Source: Escherichia coli
GTDB taxonomy: Bacteria > Pseudomonadota > Gammaproteobacteria > Enterobacterales > Enterobacteriaceae
NCBI RefSeq assembly: GCF_029227855.1
Contig: NZ_CP074356.1
DNA: 64,000 nt
Strand: one strand, 5' to 3'
In this document: positions 50,174 to 64,000 of the stretch, one piece after another
Layout of the letters: each line of letters starts with the position of its first letter
Numbering within the stretch: position 1 is the first letter of the stretch
Program-made: the position numbers and the translations under genes
The notes under the pieces: generated by a model
The model's database searches: none
What the model saw: only the letters and a program-made list of their open reading frames with translations
Told to the model about the DNA's origin: nothing

Positions 50174-50462
50174 GGCATACCCTCACTCAATGCGTAACGA
50201 TAATTCCCCTTACCTGAATATTTCATCATGACTAAACGGAACAACATGGGTCACCTAATGCGCCACTCTCGCGATTTTTCAGGCGGACTTACTATCCCGT
50301 AAAGTACTGTATAATTTGCCTGGAATTGTCTTAAAGTAAAGTAAATGTTGCGATATGTGAGTGAGCTTAAAACAAATATTTCGCCGCAGGAGTATCCTGG
50401 AAGATGTTCGTAGGTATTATTTTTCGGATAATCCTTAGGATAACATGATAAACGTTACGGAA

Positions 50463-51248
50463 TTATATTAATGGCAATTCACTAATAATATCAGCCAGCA
50501 AATTAAACATCTCACTGAATAAATGTTCGCAAAAAGGCGCAATTAACGGCATTAATGCCGCCATTAAAGAGATACCGACAGTCAGAGTTAATGGAAATCC
50601 AATAACAAAAATGGATAATTGCGGGGCCATACGATTCAGTAAACCTAATGCCAGATTCAGGGTCAGCAGCAGAGTAATGAGCGGTAACGCCAGCATCAGC
50701 CCGTTAAGGAAAATCAAACTCCCTGCTTTGGTGAGTGCCAGAAACGCATTGCTGTTCAACGGTTCGCCACCAATTGGCAGGGTGTGAAAGGTATCGACCA
50801 GCAGTGAAATCAACCATAAATGACCGTTAAATGTCAGGAACAGCAGTAACGCCAGCATATCCATGATACGCGCTAAAACGGGCATATTGAGATGGCTGGC
50901 CGGATCGACAAACGTCGCAAATGACAGCCCCATTTGCAGACCGATAATTTCACCAGCGGTTCGCACAGCGGCAAAGGCAAATTGCATGGTAAAACCAAGC
51001 GCAATGCCGATCAGGATCTGCTGCACGGCCAGCCACAGAGCAAAGAACGAAAAAACAGGAACATCGTTGGCAGGTAATGATGGGGCAATAGCGAACGTGA
51101 TCATCATTGCCAGACCCAGTTTTACCCGTTTCGGCACGCTGCGTTCGCTCAGAATTGGCGCGGTAGAAATGAGCGCCAGCACGCGCAGTAACGGCCAGAA
51201 GTACAGACTTAGCCAGGATAGCCATTGATCGCTTGTCACCTGCAACAT
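50463..51248 (-). CDS. fliR: Flagellar export apparatus protein FliR
   Basis: 261 aa, polytopic. Position and sequence as in fli region III. Confidence 0.95.
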   Translation of the reverse strand: MLQVTSDQWLSWLSLYFWPLLRVLALISTAPILSERSVPKRVKLGLAMMITFAIAPSLPANDVPVFSFFALWLAVQQILIGIALGFTMQFAFAAVRTAGEIIGLQMGLSFATFVDPASHLNMPVLARIMDMLALLLFLTFNGHLWLISLLVDTFHTLPIGGEPLNSNAFLALTKAGSLIFLNGLMLALPLITLLLTLNLALGLLNRMAPQLSIFVIGFPLTLTVGISLMAALMPLIAPFCEHLFSEMFNLLADIISELPLI

Positions 51249-51256
51249 TGTACGGG

Positions 51257-51526
51257 CTACCCGATGATATACGGCAGGTTAGTGAACAAGGTGCGGACGT
51301 AATCCAGCAACAGATTGAGCATCCACGGTCCGGCAATAATAATGGCGATAAATACGGCGATGATTTTCGGAATAAACGACAGCGTCATTTCGTTAATCTG
51401 CGTGGCGGCCTGCAAAATACTGATGATAAGGCCCGTGACCAACGCCACCAGCAACAGCGGGGCAGCCAGTGCCAGCGCGACTTTCATCGCTTCAGTCCCC
51501 ATCATCATGACCGATTCAGGTGTCAT
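51257..51526 (-). CDS. fliQ: Flagellar export apparatus protein FliQ
   Basis: 89 aa. [46 protein letters not shown]... Confidence 0.95.
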   Translation of the reverse strand: MTPESVMMMGTEAMKVALALAAPLLLVALVTGLIISILQAATQINEMTLSFIPKIIAVFIAIIIAGPWMLNLLLDYVRTLFTNLPYIIG

Positions 51527-51535
51527 TTTGCCTCT

Positions 51536-52273
51536 CTAGCTGTAAAAGCTCTGCGCCAGCGAACCGACCAGCAATTGCCAGCCATCCACCAGTACAAACA
51601 GCATCAGTTTAAAGGGCAGAGCAATGGTGGCTGGGGGAACCATCATCATCCCCAATGCCATCAACACGCTGGCAATCACCAGGTCGATAATCAAAAAAGG
51701 AATGAAAATCGTGAAGCCTATCTGAAATGCGGTTTTCAACTCGCTGGTCACGTAGGCCGGGAGCAAAATGCGCATCGGCACGGCTTCAGGTCCCTGCAAC
51801 GGGCCGGTATTCGCTAGTCTGGCAAACAACCCTAAATCCGCCTCACGGGTCTGACGCAGCATAAACTCACGTAGCGGCTGCGCCCCTTTTTCCAGCGCCT
51901 CCTGCATTGATATTTTCTCTTCGCTAAATGGCTGGTACGCATCGACATAAATTTTGTCGATCACCGGCGACATAATAAAAAAGGTCAAAAACAGTGCCAG
52001 CCCCAGCAATACCTGGTTAGGTGGCGCGGAGGGTGTTCCCAGTGCGTTACGCAATAAACCAAAAACAATGATGATGCGGGTGAAACTGGTCATCATCAGT
52101 AAAATTGCCGGAATAAACGTCAACGAGGTAATGAACACCAGCGTCTGCACCGGGAGCGACCAGCTTTGTCCACCGCCAGGCAGCGGCTGGCTGGTGATAC
52201 CCGGCAGTTGCGCGAAGGCGAGGGGCGTAACCAGCCAGAGAAGGACAGGTGCGACAGACAACAAACGACGCAT
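51536..52273 (-). CDS. fliP: Flagellar export apparatus protein FliP
   Basis: 245 aa with a signal sequence and TM segments. Confidence 0.95.
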   Translation of the reverse strand: MRRLLSVAPVLLWLVTPLAFAQLPGITSQPLPGGGQSWSLPVQTLVFITSLTFIPAILLMMTSFTRIIIVFGLLRNALGTPSAPPNQVLLGLALFLTFFIMSPVIDKIYVDAYQPFSEEKISMQEALEKGAQPLREFMLRQTREADLGLFARLANTGPLQGPEAVPMRILLPAYVTSELKTAFQIGFTIFIPFLIIDLVIASVLMALGMMMVPPATIALPFKLMLFVLVDGWQLLVGSLAQSFYS

Positions 52274-52638
52274 CAGGATCTCCCGCTACGCTTAAGCAAG
52301 TTTTTCATGACCGACTGAAAATCGGTCTGCGGTATCTCTTCCGTTGGTGCTGAAGGGGGAAGTTTATGCAGCAGATTGATTTGCCCAGCGGTAACGCCGA
52401 GCACCAGCCGTGCATCTTCCACATCGACCACCACGACCCGTTCACGCGCGCCCAGCGAAGCACTGGCGCTAATTTTCAGACCGTTAACGCCAGTGCGTTT
52501 CGGGGCAAATCCCAGCCGTTTTACCAGCCAGGCAGCAGCGAGGATCAGGGCAATAATGGCGATGAGTGCGCCGCTCACCTGCAGCAGTGGCGCAGCAGAA
52601 ACCGGCGCGGAAGATTGCACAGTAGCGTGGTTATTCAT
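52273..52638 (-). CDS. fliO: Flagellar protein FliO
   Basis: 121 aa from the ATG at 52638 (the GTG at 52641 is an alternative). [43 protein letters not shown]... Confidence 0.92.
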   Translation of the reverse strand: MNNHATVQSSAPVSAAPLLQVSGALIAIIALILAAAWLVKRLGFAPKRTGVNGLKISASASLGARERVVVVDVEDARLVLGVTAGQINLLHKLPPSAPTEEIPQTDFQSVMKNLLKRSGRS

Positions 52639-52640
52639 CA

Positions 52641-53054
52641 CTAACGGCTCAGGCGGCGCATCCGCTCAGACGGAGTAATGATATCGGTGATCCGCACGCC
52701 ATATTTATCAGCGACTACGACAACTTCGCCCTGAGCAATTAAATAACCGTTGATCAGAATATCCAGCGGTTCGCCCGCCAGACCGTCCAGCGCCACGACG
52801 GACCCTTGCGTCAGACGCAACAGCTCTTTGATGGTCATCCGCGTACGGCCCAGCTCGACGGTCAGCTTGACCGGAATATCCATAATCAGGTCGATATCCT
52901 GCAACGTTCCGCTGACATCACCACCGCCAAATTGCTGGAACACCGCGTCGGCAGCGCTTTTGCTGCTGGTTGATTTTTGTTCGCTCAACGCTTCAGCCCA
53001 CAGATCGTCCATTGCACCGTTGTTGTCATCGGCCGGATTATTCATGTCACTCAT
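52641..53054 (-). CDS. fliN: Flagellar motor switch protein FliN
   Basis: 137 aa. MSDMNNPADDNNGAMDDLWAEALSEQKS... Confidence 0.95.
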   Translation of the reverse strand: MSDMNNPADDNNGAMDDLWAEALSEQKSTSSKSAADAVFQQFGGGDVSGTLQDIDLIMDIPVKLTVELGRTRMTIKELLRLTQGSVVALDGLAGEPLDILINGYLIAQGEVVVVADKYGVRITDIITPSERMRRLSR

Positions 53055-54055
53055 TTGGGCTGTTCCTCGTTCAGAGAATTTAAAATCGGGTTAATCAAAT
53101 GTTCTATCCGTAACGCATATTGACCGTTGAGGGTGCCGTACTGACTGGTCAGCACCGGGACACCGTCAACATGGGCGATGATGCGGTCGGGTTTTTCTAT
53201 CGGCAGGACGTCACCTGGTTTCAGTTTTAAAATCTGCGACAGACGTAGCGAGATATCGGCAAAGTTGGCGACCAGCTCCAGCTGTGAATGCTGCACCTGG
53301 CGCACCAGGTTATCGCGCCAGTTCTGATCTTCATTACGCGAGTTTTCCAGCGGCGGGTTAACCAACAATTCCCGTAGCGGCTCGATCATGCTGAATGGCA
53401 GGCAGATATTAAATTCGCCGGTCAGGTTGCCAATCTCCACATGGAACGGCGTGTTAACCACAATGTCATTTGGTGAGGTGGTGATATTGGTAAATTTCAC
53501 CTGCATTTCCGAACGCACGTACTCAACTTCCAGCGGATTAATCGCCTTCCAGGCATCGCTATAGCCTTCAAGCGCCAGCTTTAACATGCGGTTGATGACG
53601 CGCTGTTCGGTATGGGTAAACTCGCGACCTTCCACTTTGGTCGGGAAGCGTCCATCGCCGCCAAACAGGTTATCCACGGCGATAAACACCAGACTCGGCG
53701 AGAACACCACCAGCCCAGTGCCGCGCAGCGGTTTCAGATGGATAAGGTTCAGGTTGGTCGGCACCGGCAGGTTGCGGGCAAATTCATGGTACGGCTGAAT
53801 GCGGATGGCCCCGACGGTAATGTCCGGGCTACGGCGCAGCAGGTTGAACAGCCCCATACGAAAATGGCGGGCAAAGCGCTCATTAATGATTTCCAGCGCC
53901 TGCAAACGTTCGCGCACAACCCGTCGTTGGGTATTCGGATCGTACGGACGAATGTCACTTTCGCCGCTAACACTGGCTGTCGGTTCGTCTTTGACTTCGC
54001 TGTCGCCATTCAACAGCGCATCAATTTCAGCTTGAGAAAGAATACTATCGCCCAT
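53051..54055 (-). CDS. fliM: Flagellar motor switch protein FliM
   Basis: 334 aa from the ATG at 54055. MGDSILSQAEIDALLNGDSEVKDEP... Confidence 0.95.
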   Translation of the reverse strand: MGDSILSQAEIDALLNGDSEVKDEPTASVSGESDIRPYDPNTQRRVVRERLQALEIINERFARHFRMGLFNLLRRSPDITVGAIRIQPYHEFARNLPVPTNLNLIHLKPLRGTGLVVFSPSLVFIAVDNLFGGDGRFPTKVEGREFTHTEQRVINRMLKLALEGYSDAWKAINPLEVEYVRSEMQVKFTNITTSPNDIVVNTPFHVEIGNLTGEFNICLPFSMIEPLRELLVNPPLENSRNEDQNWRDNLVRQVQHSQLELVANFADISLRLSQILKLKPGDVLPIEKPDRIIAHVDGVPVLTSQYGTLNGQYALRIEHLINPILNSLNEEQPK

Positions 54056-54059
54056 GTCG

Positions 54060-54524
54060 TTATCGCAGAATAAAAGCGGTATACAGCACGTCGGTGACAT
54101 CCTGTTTCGGTTGCCCGGCAACAAGCGGGGTGGAAAGTGTGGTTTTAATCTCGGCAATCAGTTTTTTCTTGCCTTCTTCTGTCGCCAGTACGGCAGCATC
54201 CTGACGCGAAAACAGTAACAGCAAGCGACTACGGACTTCCGGCAAATACTCACTCAGCCGCGAGCGGGTTGCTTCATCTTTCAGTCGCAGGGTTATGCCG
54301 ATATAAAGTACGCGATCCGCATCGCCCAGATTGACCGTAAAGGTATCCAGCGCATAGAAGACCGGGGAGGGCACGACGCGTTGCTGCGCTTTGTCGTCAG
54401 CGGCAACCTGATGCGAATGCCAGTAGCTGTAACCTGCGCTGGCACAGGCCGCGAGGGTAATGAATACCAGAATCGGGATCCAAAGCGATCGCTTGCTTTT
54501 CTTGCTTATCGCGTAATCAGTCAT
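54060..54524 (-). CDS. fliL: Flagellar basal-body-associated protein FliL
   Basis: 154 aa. [35 protein letters not shown]... Confidence 0.95.
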   Translation of the reverse strand: MTDYAISKKSKRSLWIPILVFITLAACASAGYSYWHSHQVAADDKAQQRVVPSPVFYALDTFTVNLGDADRVLYIGITLRLKDEATRSRLSEYLPEVRSRLLLLFSRQDAAVLATEEGKKKLIAEIKTTLSTPLVAGQPKQDVTDVLYTAFILR

Positions 54525-54628
54525 GTGTTGCGGTCTTCCTGTGTCGCTACTGCTTATCGGCTAATTATCCTGCGTCTTGAGCGCAACAAAGCGGGGAAAA
54601 GACGCGGATTACGGTGCTACCTCTGACA

Positions 54629-55756
54629 TTAGGCGAAAATATCAACGCCGCTGTTGCCTGTTACACGCCCTTGTAAAGAGACGGGAACCGGAAGCGTATC
54701 GTCGTCTTCCCCCGCCAGAGGTTCATGGTTTGCTGTGCGTTGGCTTTGCTGTTGCTGGGAAGCGGCCTGCTGCTGACCACTAAAGCTTTCGCCACTGATG
54801 TTGCTTTGCCCTAACTGAATGCCACTCTCGGCCAGCTGCGTACGCAGTACCGGCAGCGCTGCTTCCAGGGCGGCGCGCACGTGCTGATGCGGTGAAACCA
54901 TCTGGATTTGTGCCTGGTTATCATCCACTTTGAGGGAGATTTGCACTTCACCTAAATCCTGTGGGTGCAGACGCAACTCTGCACTTTGTTGCCCCTGGCG
55001 GGTGAACAGCGAAATATGCTGGCTTAATGATTGTTGCCATTCGTGAGAACCCAGCGGTTCACTCAAGACAGGCGCGGCGACGGTGGGCAGTGGCTGTGTC
55101 TGGTGTGGAGTGATTAGCGGGCTGGCGGCAGCGGTCACCGACGAAGGCGTGCTGATGACTTCCGCTTTACTCTGGGCTTCTGCTACCAGCGGTGTTAATG
55201 GCTGAGCTGGTGTGCCGGGGGCGTCATCAGGCTGTGCTGTTGTGAGTTGCGCAGAAGTCAGTTTTGTGAAGACCGTTGGTTTCTCTGCCGGTAACACGGT
55301 TGACGGCGCATCAGTCACTTTGGGCGTATTGTCAAAACCCGGCAACATCGCAAAAAGGGCACTCAGGCTTGCGGTGACGTCTTCATTCAGATCATCCGCT
55401 TTTTCGTCTTTTGCCGTATTGTTGTCAGCCACCGCAGCCAACGTCATCGCCTGAGCGGTGGTTAACGGTGTTGATGTGGATTGTTCGTCGTTGATGACAG
55501 GAAGTGTTTCATCCACAGGGATCAGTAAATCCGCTTGTTGCGCGTCGGAAACAATATCGCTGACCAGCGGCTCGCCTTTTGCCGTGGGCTTATCTGTTGC
55601 CACCAGCAACTGGGGAGTCGCTTTGTCGGTTGTTGCCTCGCCTGTTAATGCTTCGCTCAACAACGCGAGAAAATCTTGTGCAGCATCGCTGGCTTTGCCG
55701 CCAGGCAATGTGGCGTTATCAACGTCGGCGGTAATCAAGGGCGCTAAGCGAATCAT
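54629..55756 (-). CDS. fliK: Flagellar hook-length control protein FliK
   Basis: 375 aa. [33 protein letters not shown]... Confidence 0.95.
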   Translation of the reverse strand: MIRLAPLITADVDNATLPGGKASDAAQDFLALLSEALTGEATTDKATPQLLVATDKPTAKGEPLVSDIVSDAQQADLLIPVDETLPVINDEQSTSTPLTTAQAMTLAAVADNNTAKDEKADDLNEDVTASLSALFAMLPGFDNTPKVTDAPSTVLPAEKPTVFTKLTSAQLTTAQPDDAPGTPAQPLTPLVAEAQSKAEVISTPSSVTAAASPLITPHQTQPLPTVAAPVLSEPLGSHEWQQSLSQHISLFTRQGQQSAELRLHPQDLGEVQISLKVDDNQAQIQMVSPHQHVRAALEAALPVLRTQLAESGIQLGQSNISGESFSGQQQAASQQQQSQRTANHEPLAGEDDDTLPVPVSLQGRVTGNSGVDIFA

Positions 55757-56196
55757 TCAGGTTTCCTCATGGCGGCGCGCTGGGCGAACTCATCCATCTT
55801 TTTCTGATCGAGGCGGTTTTCTGCAAGCAGTGCCGCCGTGGATTGCCGTTCCTGCAGTGTCTGCCAGGCCTGCAAACGTTGTTTCTTTTCTCGCCAGCTG
55901 TTCAGGGCAATGTCAACTTTCTGCGTCCACTGATTAAGTTGCTGGCGATGCTGAGTAATGGCTTTTTCCAGCGTCTGGATAAACTGCTGATAGTTGATCC
56001 AGCGGTTGCTGGTCATCCCGGCACTCATATCGCTATTGAGGTTATTGCGATATTCATTCTGATAATCGATCAGCATTTTGAGCTGTTCTTCCGCCTGCTG
56101 ACATCCGCGACGCATTTCACCCAGCAGGCGCGCGGCATCCTCTACCTCTTTTTCTGCCAGATCTTTCAGGGTCGCCAGCGCACCATGTTCTGCCAT
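55753..56196 (-). CDS. fliJ: Flagellar export chaperone/stalk protein FliJ
   Basis: 147 aa. [31 protein letters not shown]... Confidence 0.95.
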   Translation of the reverse strand: MAEHGALATLKDLAEKEVEDAARLLGEMRRGCQQAEEQLKMLIDYQNEYRNNLNSDMSAGMTSNRWINYQQFIQTLEKAITQHRQQLNQWTQKVDIALNSWREKKQRLQAWQTLQERQSTAALLAENRLDQKKMDEFAQRAAMRKPE

Positions 56197-56214
56197 CTGC
56201 CGTTATCTCCTGGG

Positions 56215-57587
56215 TTATGACACTGTCGGGAAAATACGCTCCAGCCCCTGGAGAGACGCTTCCCAGTCCGCGCGTTCAAAAATGCCTTGTTGCAAATAGC
56301 CCTCCAGCTGCGGCCACAGGGCGATGGCTTTGTCGAGCATCGGATCGCTGCCTTTGGCATACGCGCCGACGCTAACCAGATCGCGGTTACGCTGAAAACT
56401 CGACAACAGCTGTTTGAAGGTGCGCACTCGCGCATAATGTTGCTCGCTGATCAACGCCGTCATTGCGCGGCTGATCGACGCTTCAATATCGATAGCCGGA
56501 TAGTGCCCGGCTTCCGCCAGTCGGCGAGACAGCACAATATGACCGTCGAGGATGGCCCGCGCGGAGTCGGCAATGGGGTCCTGCTGGTCATCGCCTTCGG
56601 TGAGCACGGTATAAAACGCGGTAATCGAGCCGCCGCCGCTAATGCCATTTCCGGCACGCTCGACCAGTGCCGGTAATTTGGCAAACACCGACGGTGGATA
56701 ACCTTTAGTGGCAGGTGGTTCGCCAATCGCCAGCGCAATCTCACGCTGGGCCATCGCGTAGCGGGTGAGGGAGTCCATAATCAGCAACACATGCTGACCA
56801 CGATCGCGAAAATCTTCGGCAATGCGCGTGGCATAGGCGGCACCCTGCATTCGCAGGAGCGGAGAAACATCCGCCGGAGCGGCAATCACCACGGAGCGTG
56901 CACGCCCTTCGGCACCGAGGATATTCTCAATAAAATCTTTTACTTCGCGTCCGCGTTCACCAATCAAACCCACGACAATGACATCGGCGCGGGTGTAACG
57001 TGCCATCATCCCCAGCAGCACACTTTTACCAACGCCCGACCCGGCAAACAGCCCCATACGCTGCCCGCGCCCGACGGTAAGCAGGGCATTGATTGGGCGC
57101 ACGCCGGTGTCCAGCACATGTTCAATCGGTGTACGTTGCAACGGGTTAAATGGCGGGGTAATCAGCGCACCGGTTTCCGTCGTATCGGGGGAGGGGAGGC
57201 CATCGAGCGGTTTACCGCTGCCGTCCAGAACGCGACCTAATAACGCCGGACCGAGCGGCAACTGCTTGCCGCTTTGCAGCCCTTCTGCCGAAATGTTTTT
57301 GGCATAAACACGCGCGCCGGGCAGGACACCTTCCACTTCCTCCAGCGGCATTAAAAACAGCCGTTGGCCGTTAAAGCCAACGACTTCGCTTTCTACTTCG
57401 TGCGTTTCGCTGCCGTTCTGGCGTTCAATGACACAGGTTGCGCCGAGCGGCAATTGTAATCCGGTGGCTTCCAGCACCAGCCCGGTAGCGCGGGTTAATC
57501 GCCCGTAGCGACGTACCGCAGGCAACTGCGCCATTTTGGCTTCAAAGTTATCCAGCGTGGTTAGCCAGCGAGTCAGACGCGTGGTCA

Positions 57588-57588
<1 letters not shown>
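56215..57588 (-). CDS. fliI: Flagellum-specific ATPase FliI
   Basis: 457 aa. Walker A motif [13 protein letters not shown]. Confidence 0.95.
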
Positions 57589-60913
<3,325 letters not shown>

Positions 60914-61127
60914 CGCGCACCTCGTGGCTGATTATGGACGGCGTTAATGGCAAAGTGGAACAAGACTCACTCCCGGGTCAGCAAACTCGAAAAATTGACG
61001 CTGCCATTATTTGTGCTTTCGTTTTTTTCTATCCGCCAATAAACCCGTTTTTTTGTTGCTATTTAGCGCCTTTGTCTTATTGACTTACTGGTAGGCTTTG
61101 CTACCAGAAATTATCCGGGAGATGAAA

Positions 61128-61442
61128 ATGTCAGCGATACAGGGGATTGAAGGGGTTATCAGCCAGTTACAGACCACGGCGATGAGTGCACGTGCGCAGG
61201 AATCACTGCCGCAACCGACCATTAGTTTTGCCGGGCAGCTGCACGCCGCGCTCGATCGCATAAGCGATACACAAACAGCCGCCCGCACGCAGGCAGAAAA
61301 ATTCACTCTCGGTGAACCCGGCGTGGCGTTAAACGATGTGATGACCGATATGCAAAAAGCCTCAGTTTCAATGCAAATGGGGATTCAGGTGCGTAATAAG
61401 CTGGTGGCGGCGTATCAGGAAGTGATGAGCATGCAGGTGTAG
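61128..61442 (+). CDS. fliE: Flagellar hook-basal body protein FliE
   Basis: 104 aa from the ATG at 61128. [39 protein letters not shown]... Confidence 0.95.
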   Translation: MSAIQGIEGVISQLQTTAMSARAQESLPQPTISFAGQLHAALDRISDTQTAARTQAEKFTLGEPGVALNDVMTDMQKASVSMQMGIQVRNKLVAAYQEVMSMQV

Positions 61443-61792
61443 GTTGTGTAACCTGTTGTTAATTACATCCGATCTCACCGCGTGGGGCATGGATGGGGCA
61501 AACTCACTCTATTTCTGGTTTAAAATGGATACCTGATCCTGAACGTTTTCTGCCATCCACGATCCGTAAACGCAATAAACCCTTTGACCATCAGAGTGTC
61601 TCATTTGACACTCATCACCACGTCGGATGTTGTTACGACCACAGACGCAACAGTAACCTCTGGATAATTTAATCTTCGTTCTTATTTTTATTAATATACT
61701 GCGTTATAAAAATGAGCGATTTTTGATAGTGGTAATTTTATTGTGTTTTAGAATGCTCCCTGGGCAATATAATTTATTAAACAGGAGTGTAA

Positions 61793-62790
61793 ATGTTTCC
61801 ATTAAATGATCTGTCGTTAAAAGCTCAGTCGGTTCAATTAAATAAAATCACATCTAATACTGAGTCTACGATAAAACAACAAGATTTAGTATCTGATGAT
61901 GCAATGATAAATGAATTATCAAGTGAGTTAGTCAGTTGTCTTGGAAATGGTAGGTTTACACCAATTAGTGAAGACAGCAAATTACTGAATATGCTGTCAG
62001 AATTTAAGTTGTTGCACTCAGAATATTTCGGATGGGGTGATTATAGTCTCTGGTTTCAAGGTTTCTCGATTTATGATAAGACAGGTTTTATCATGATAGA
62101 AAAAAGTCAGGGAGCTGGTAATCCACCCATTCGGCATACATTAGAGTTTATATCGACTAATATTGCAGAGTTTCTAGACAAGTTAACGAAAATTACAGAT
62201 GCCAGACTTTGCAAAGGTTTCAGTGACTGGGCTAATTCAGTCAAAGAAGGCGCATCGAATGACTTCAAAGAAAATGTGGATATAGCATTGGTGAGATTGT
62301 TTAAATGTGTTGAACTCCACAATAGTAAACTTGACTTAACAGATCTTCACTTGGGGTCTTTGCCACCTCTTCCAGACTGGATTGAGGTGCTTTCTCTTCG
62401 TCATAATGGCCTTGCCACAATACAAATTCCCAAATTCTGCAAAGAATTAGAACTCGATTTTAATAATTATATGGTATTTCCAAAAGTATCCGATGGAATT
62501 ACCCAGGTCTCCGTAGATAATAATCTGATATCGCGTGTTGACTCATCTCCGTCAAAGGCTATGAAAATTTTTATTTATCGCAATAAAATATGGTAAATAC
62601 CAGCAATGCCTGAGACTACTAATCTGTTTAATTGTGGCGATAATAAGATAAAAAAATTCAATACTTCCCAAATCATCTGGAGACAGCACTTATGGAGTAT
62701 AATATTGAGGTTGTCCCTGCGATGCATAGCAATTTAAAATTCTTTTTTACAGGATGTAATCCTGTTGAAGAGACATTTTTATATCATGGG
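61793..62790 (+). pseudogene. yedN: IpaH/SspH-like leucine-rich-repeat effector remnant (yedN/yedM-like)
   Basis: ORF 61793-62596 ends in LPX-type LRRs (LDLTDLHLGSLPPLPDWIEVLSLRHNGLATIQIP...). After the stop, LRR-like coding continues in other frames to about 62790. No E3-ligase (NEL) domain is present. Confidence 0.6.
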
Positions 62791-63064
62791 CTTTGACAGG
62801 GATTTGCTATGAAAGATCGCAGCGAAAATATATTATTACGAATCCCGCCGATTATGATAAATATTCCGATATGGTTAAAAAGTATGTAATAGATGGTGAG
62901 GATCACATAATTAAATATTTTATGTAAGTAATTAGGCGTAATTGTGTCACTGGAATAGAGGTTTCTTGTGGCGCATGTGGAAGGGGCGTCTAGAGACAAG
63001 GCGTTTCCGGCTGGTGATAAATAAAGGCGCAGCGCGTCGAATGCAAGAATGTGCTGCGTCTGGC

Positions 63065-63544
63065 TCATGGCAATTCATTATTTTCGCATAGCGTCAATGA
63101 TAAAAATCGACTGTGTGGATCAAATCGATAATCAGCAAACGGTTCGCAATCAACGAAACCATGCTTCAAATAAAGTTGATGGCAGGCCGTAAATCCAGCC
63201 TGTGTACCCGTTTCTAAGCTCAGGCGATGAAGACATCTGTCCTGGGCGACCTGCAAAATGTGGCGTAAAATCAGACTGGCGACACCTCGACGTAAATAAT
63301 TTGGCGCGGTACGCATTGATTTCAGTTCGCCATGTTTATCATCCAGCAACTTCAGCGCACCAATTCCTGCGAGTTGTTCGCCTTCCCATACTGACCAGAA
63401 TGTTACTTTCGGGTTACGTAATTTTTGCACATCTAAAGCATGACTGCTTTCGGGGGGAGACTGCTGCAGCATGCCGGAAATATGGTAAGCCACTAATGCT
63501 TGCACTGCTGGATGGGTGAGATCATCTGTTTTAATCGTGAACAT
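63065..63544 (-). CDS. yedL: GNAT-family N-acetyltransferase YedL
   Basis: 159 aa. MFTIKTDDLTHPAVQALVAYHISGMLQQSPPESSHALD... Confidence 0.92.
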   Translation of the reverse strand: MFTIKTDDLTHPAVQALVAYHISGMLQQSPPESSHALDVQKLRNPKVTFWSVWEGEQLAGIGALKLLDDKHGELKSMRTAPNYLRRGVASLILRHILQVAQDRCLHRLSLETGTQAGFTACHQLYLKHGFVDCEPFADYRFDPHSRFLSLTLCENNELP

Positions 63545-63654
63545 AACGATTCCGCATTGGTGTTATTTTTGCAATATGCCAACAGGTAATGAAATCTTTG
63601 TCTAATAGAGATTTCTTATGACGCAGTATTGTTGATCAATAATCTTCAGGCTTG

Positions 63655-64000
63655 TCAAACAGGTTGAATTAACTCCGCGCCCTGGTTTTTGACATTACCC
63701 ACCGCGCGCGATACCGGGTGCCAGGTGAACTGGTTTGCTGGCACACAGCCACTGGTAGCGATTTCTGAGGCTTCTTTACCGCCAATATCTTGCCGCATCC
63801 ATTCCCGCGCAGCTTCTGGCGACAGTACCAGTGGGCGGCGGTCATGAATATCTACCAGACCCTGGTCTGCTGCTGCAGTGACAATCAAAAATCCTTCGGC
63901 TTCGTCACCGCGCTCGAACGGTGTGCTACCTATCGCGGCCAGAAAAACAGGTTGTCCATCAGCACGATAGATAAAATAAGGCTGCTTTTTGTCGCCTTCT
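63655..64000 (-). CDS. yedK: SRAP-domain abasic-site DNA-protein crosslink protein YedK, 3' part (continues beyond the window)
   Basis: The C-terminus reads ...IVTAAADQGLVDIHDRRPLVLSPEAAREWMRQ...VKNQGAELIQPV. The frame stays open to base 64000. Confidence 0.88.
   Translation of the reverse strand, partial: EGDKKQPYFIYRADGQPVFLAAIGSTPFERGDEAEGFLIVTAAADQGLVDIHDRRPLVLSPEAAREWMRQDIGGKEASEIATSGCVPANQFTWHPVSRAVGNVKNQGAELIQPV

Noticed and set aside
51233-51817. 194-aa plus-strand ORF antisense to fliQ/fliP, with many similar ORFs antisense to the fli genes (for example 57816-58577, 58177-58719)
   Set aside because: All are shadows of well-identified flagellar genes.
61443-61792. Possible integrase remnant (intG-like) between fliE and the LRR gene
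   Set aside because: I expected one from memory of the K-12 map. My hand translations of both strands did not show integrase motifs, so I make no call.
62784-63068. 94-aa minus-strand ORF downstream of yedL
   Set aside because: It overlaps the yedL terminator hairpin and the LRR remnant region. The hydrophobic, AT-rich sequence has no support.

Overview
The window joins two regions. Bases 1 to about 31445 are the late-gene half of a prophage that is almost identical to lambda: C/Nu3 end, D, E, FI, FII, Z, U, V, G/T, H, M, L, K, I, J, lom, stf. It ends at a 62-nt tRNA-Ser 3' fragment that looks like attR. Bases 31446 to 64000 are ordinary E. coli chromosome, in reverse order relative to K-12 as I remember it: zinT, msrQP, hiuH, hprRS, hchA, an intact yedS porin, yedR, yedJ, dcm-vsr, yedA, yedI, yodC, dgcQ, yedP, dsrA, yodD, dsrB, rcsA, fliR to fliE, a yedN-like LRR remnant, yedL and yedK. 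The main result is that the prophage major capsid gene E is cleanly split after codon 82. The insert has an 11,129-bp repeat unit and is flanked by a 10-bp direct repeat (AGCCGAAGCA). It has P4/PICI-like satellite architecture. In order it carries a tyrosine integrase (one in-frame amber codon), AlpA, AT-rich cargo (DUF2971-like and SWIM proteins), an Arc-like repressor facing an Icd-like early operon, a P4-family primase-helicase, an iteron origin and an SSB. These are followed by its own divergent gpE-like capsid and gpD-like decoration genes, a second AlpA-like wHTH protein, a lambda-type cos site with no terminase gene, and a TIR protein fused to a DUF4163/DUF3298 (RsiV-like) domain. No terminase, portal, protease or tail genes are on the island. 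I interpret it as a capsid-encoding cos satellite living inside the capsid gene and late operon of its presumed helper; I do not recall this arrangement being described. All homology calls rest on by-eye motif recognition and remembered reference sequences, and no searches were run. The chromosomal part looks ordinary.
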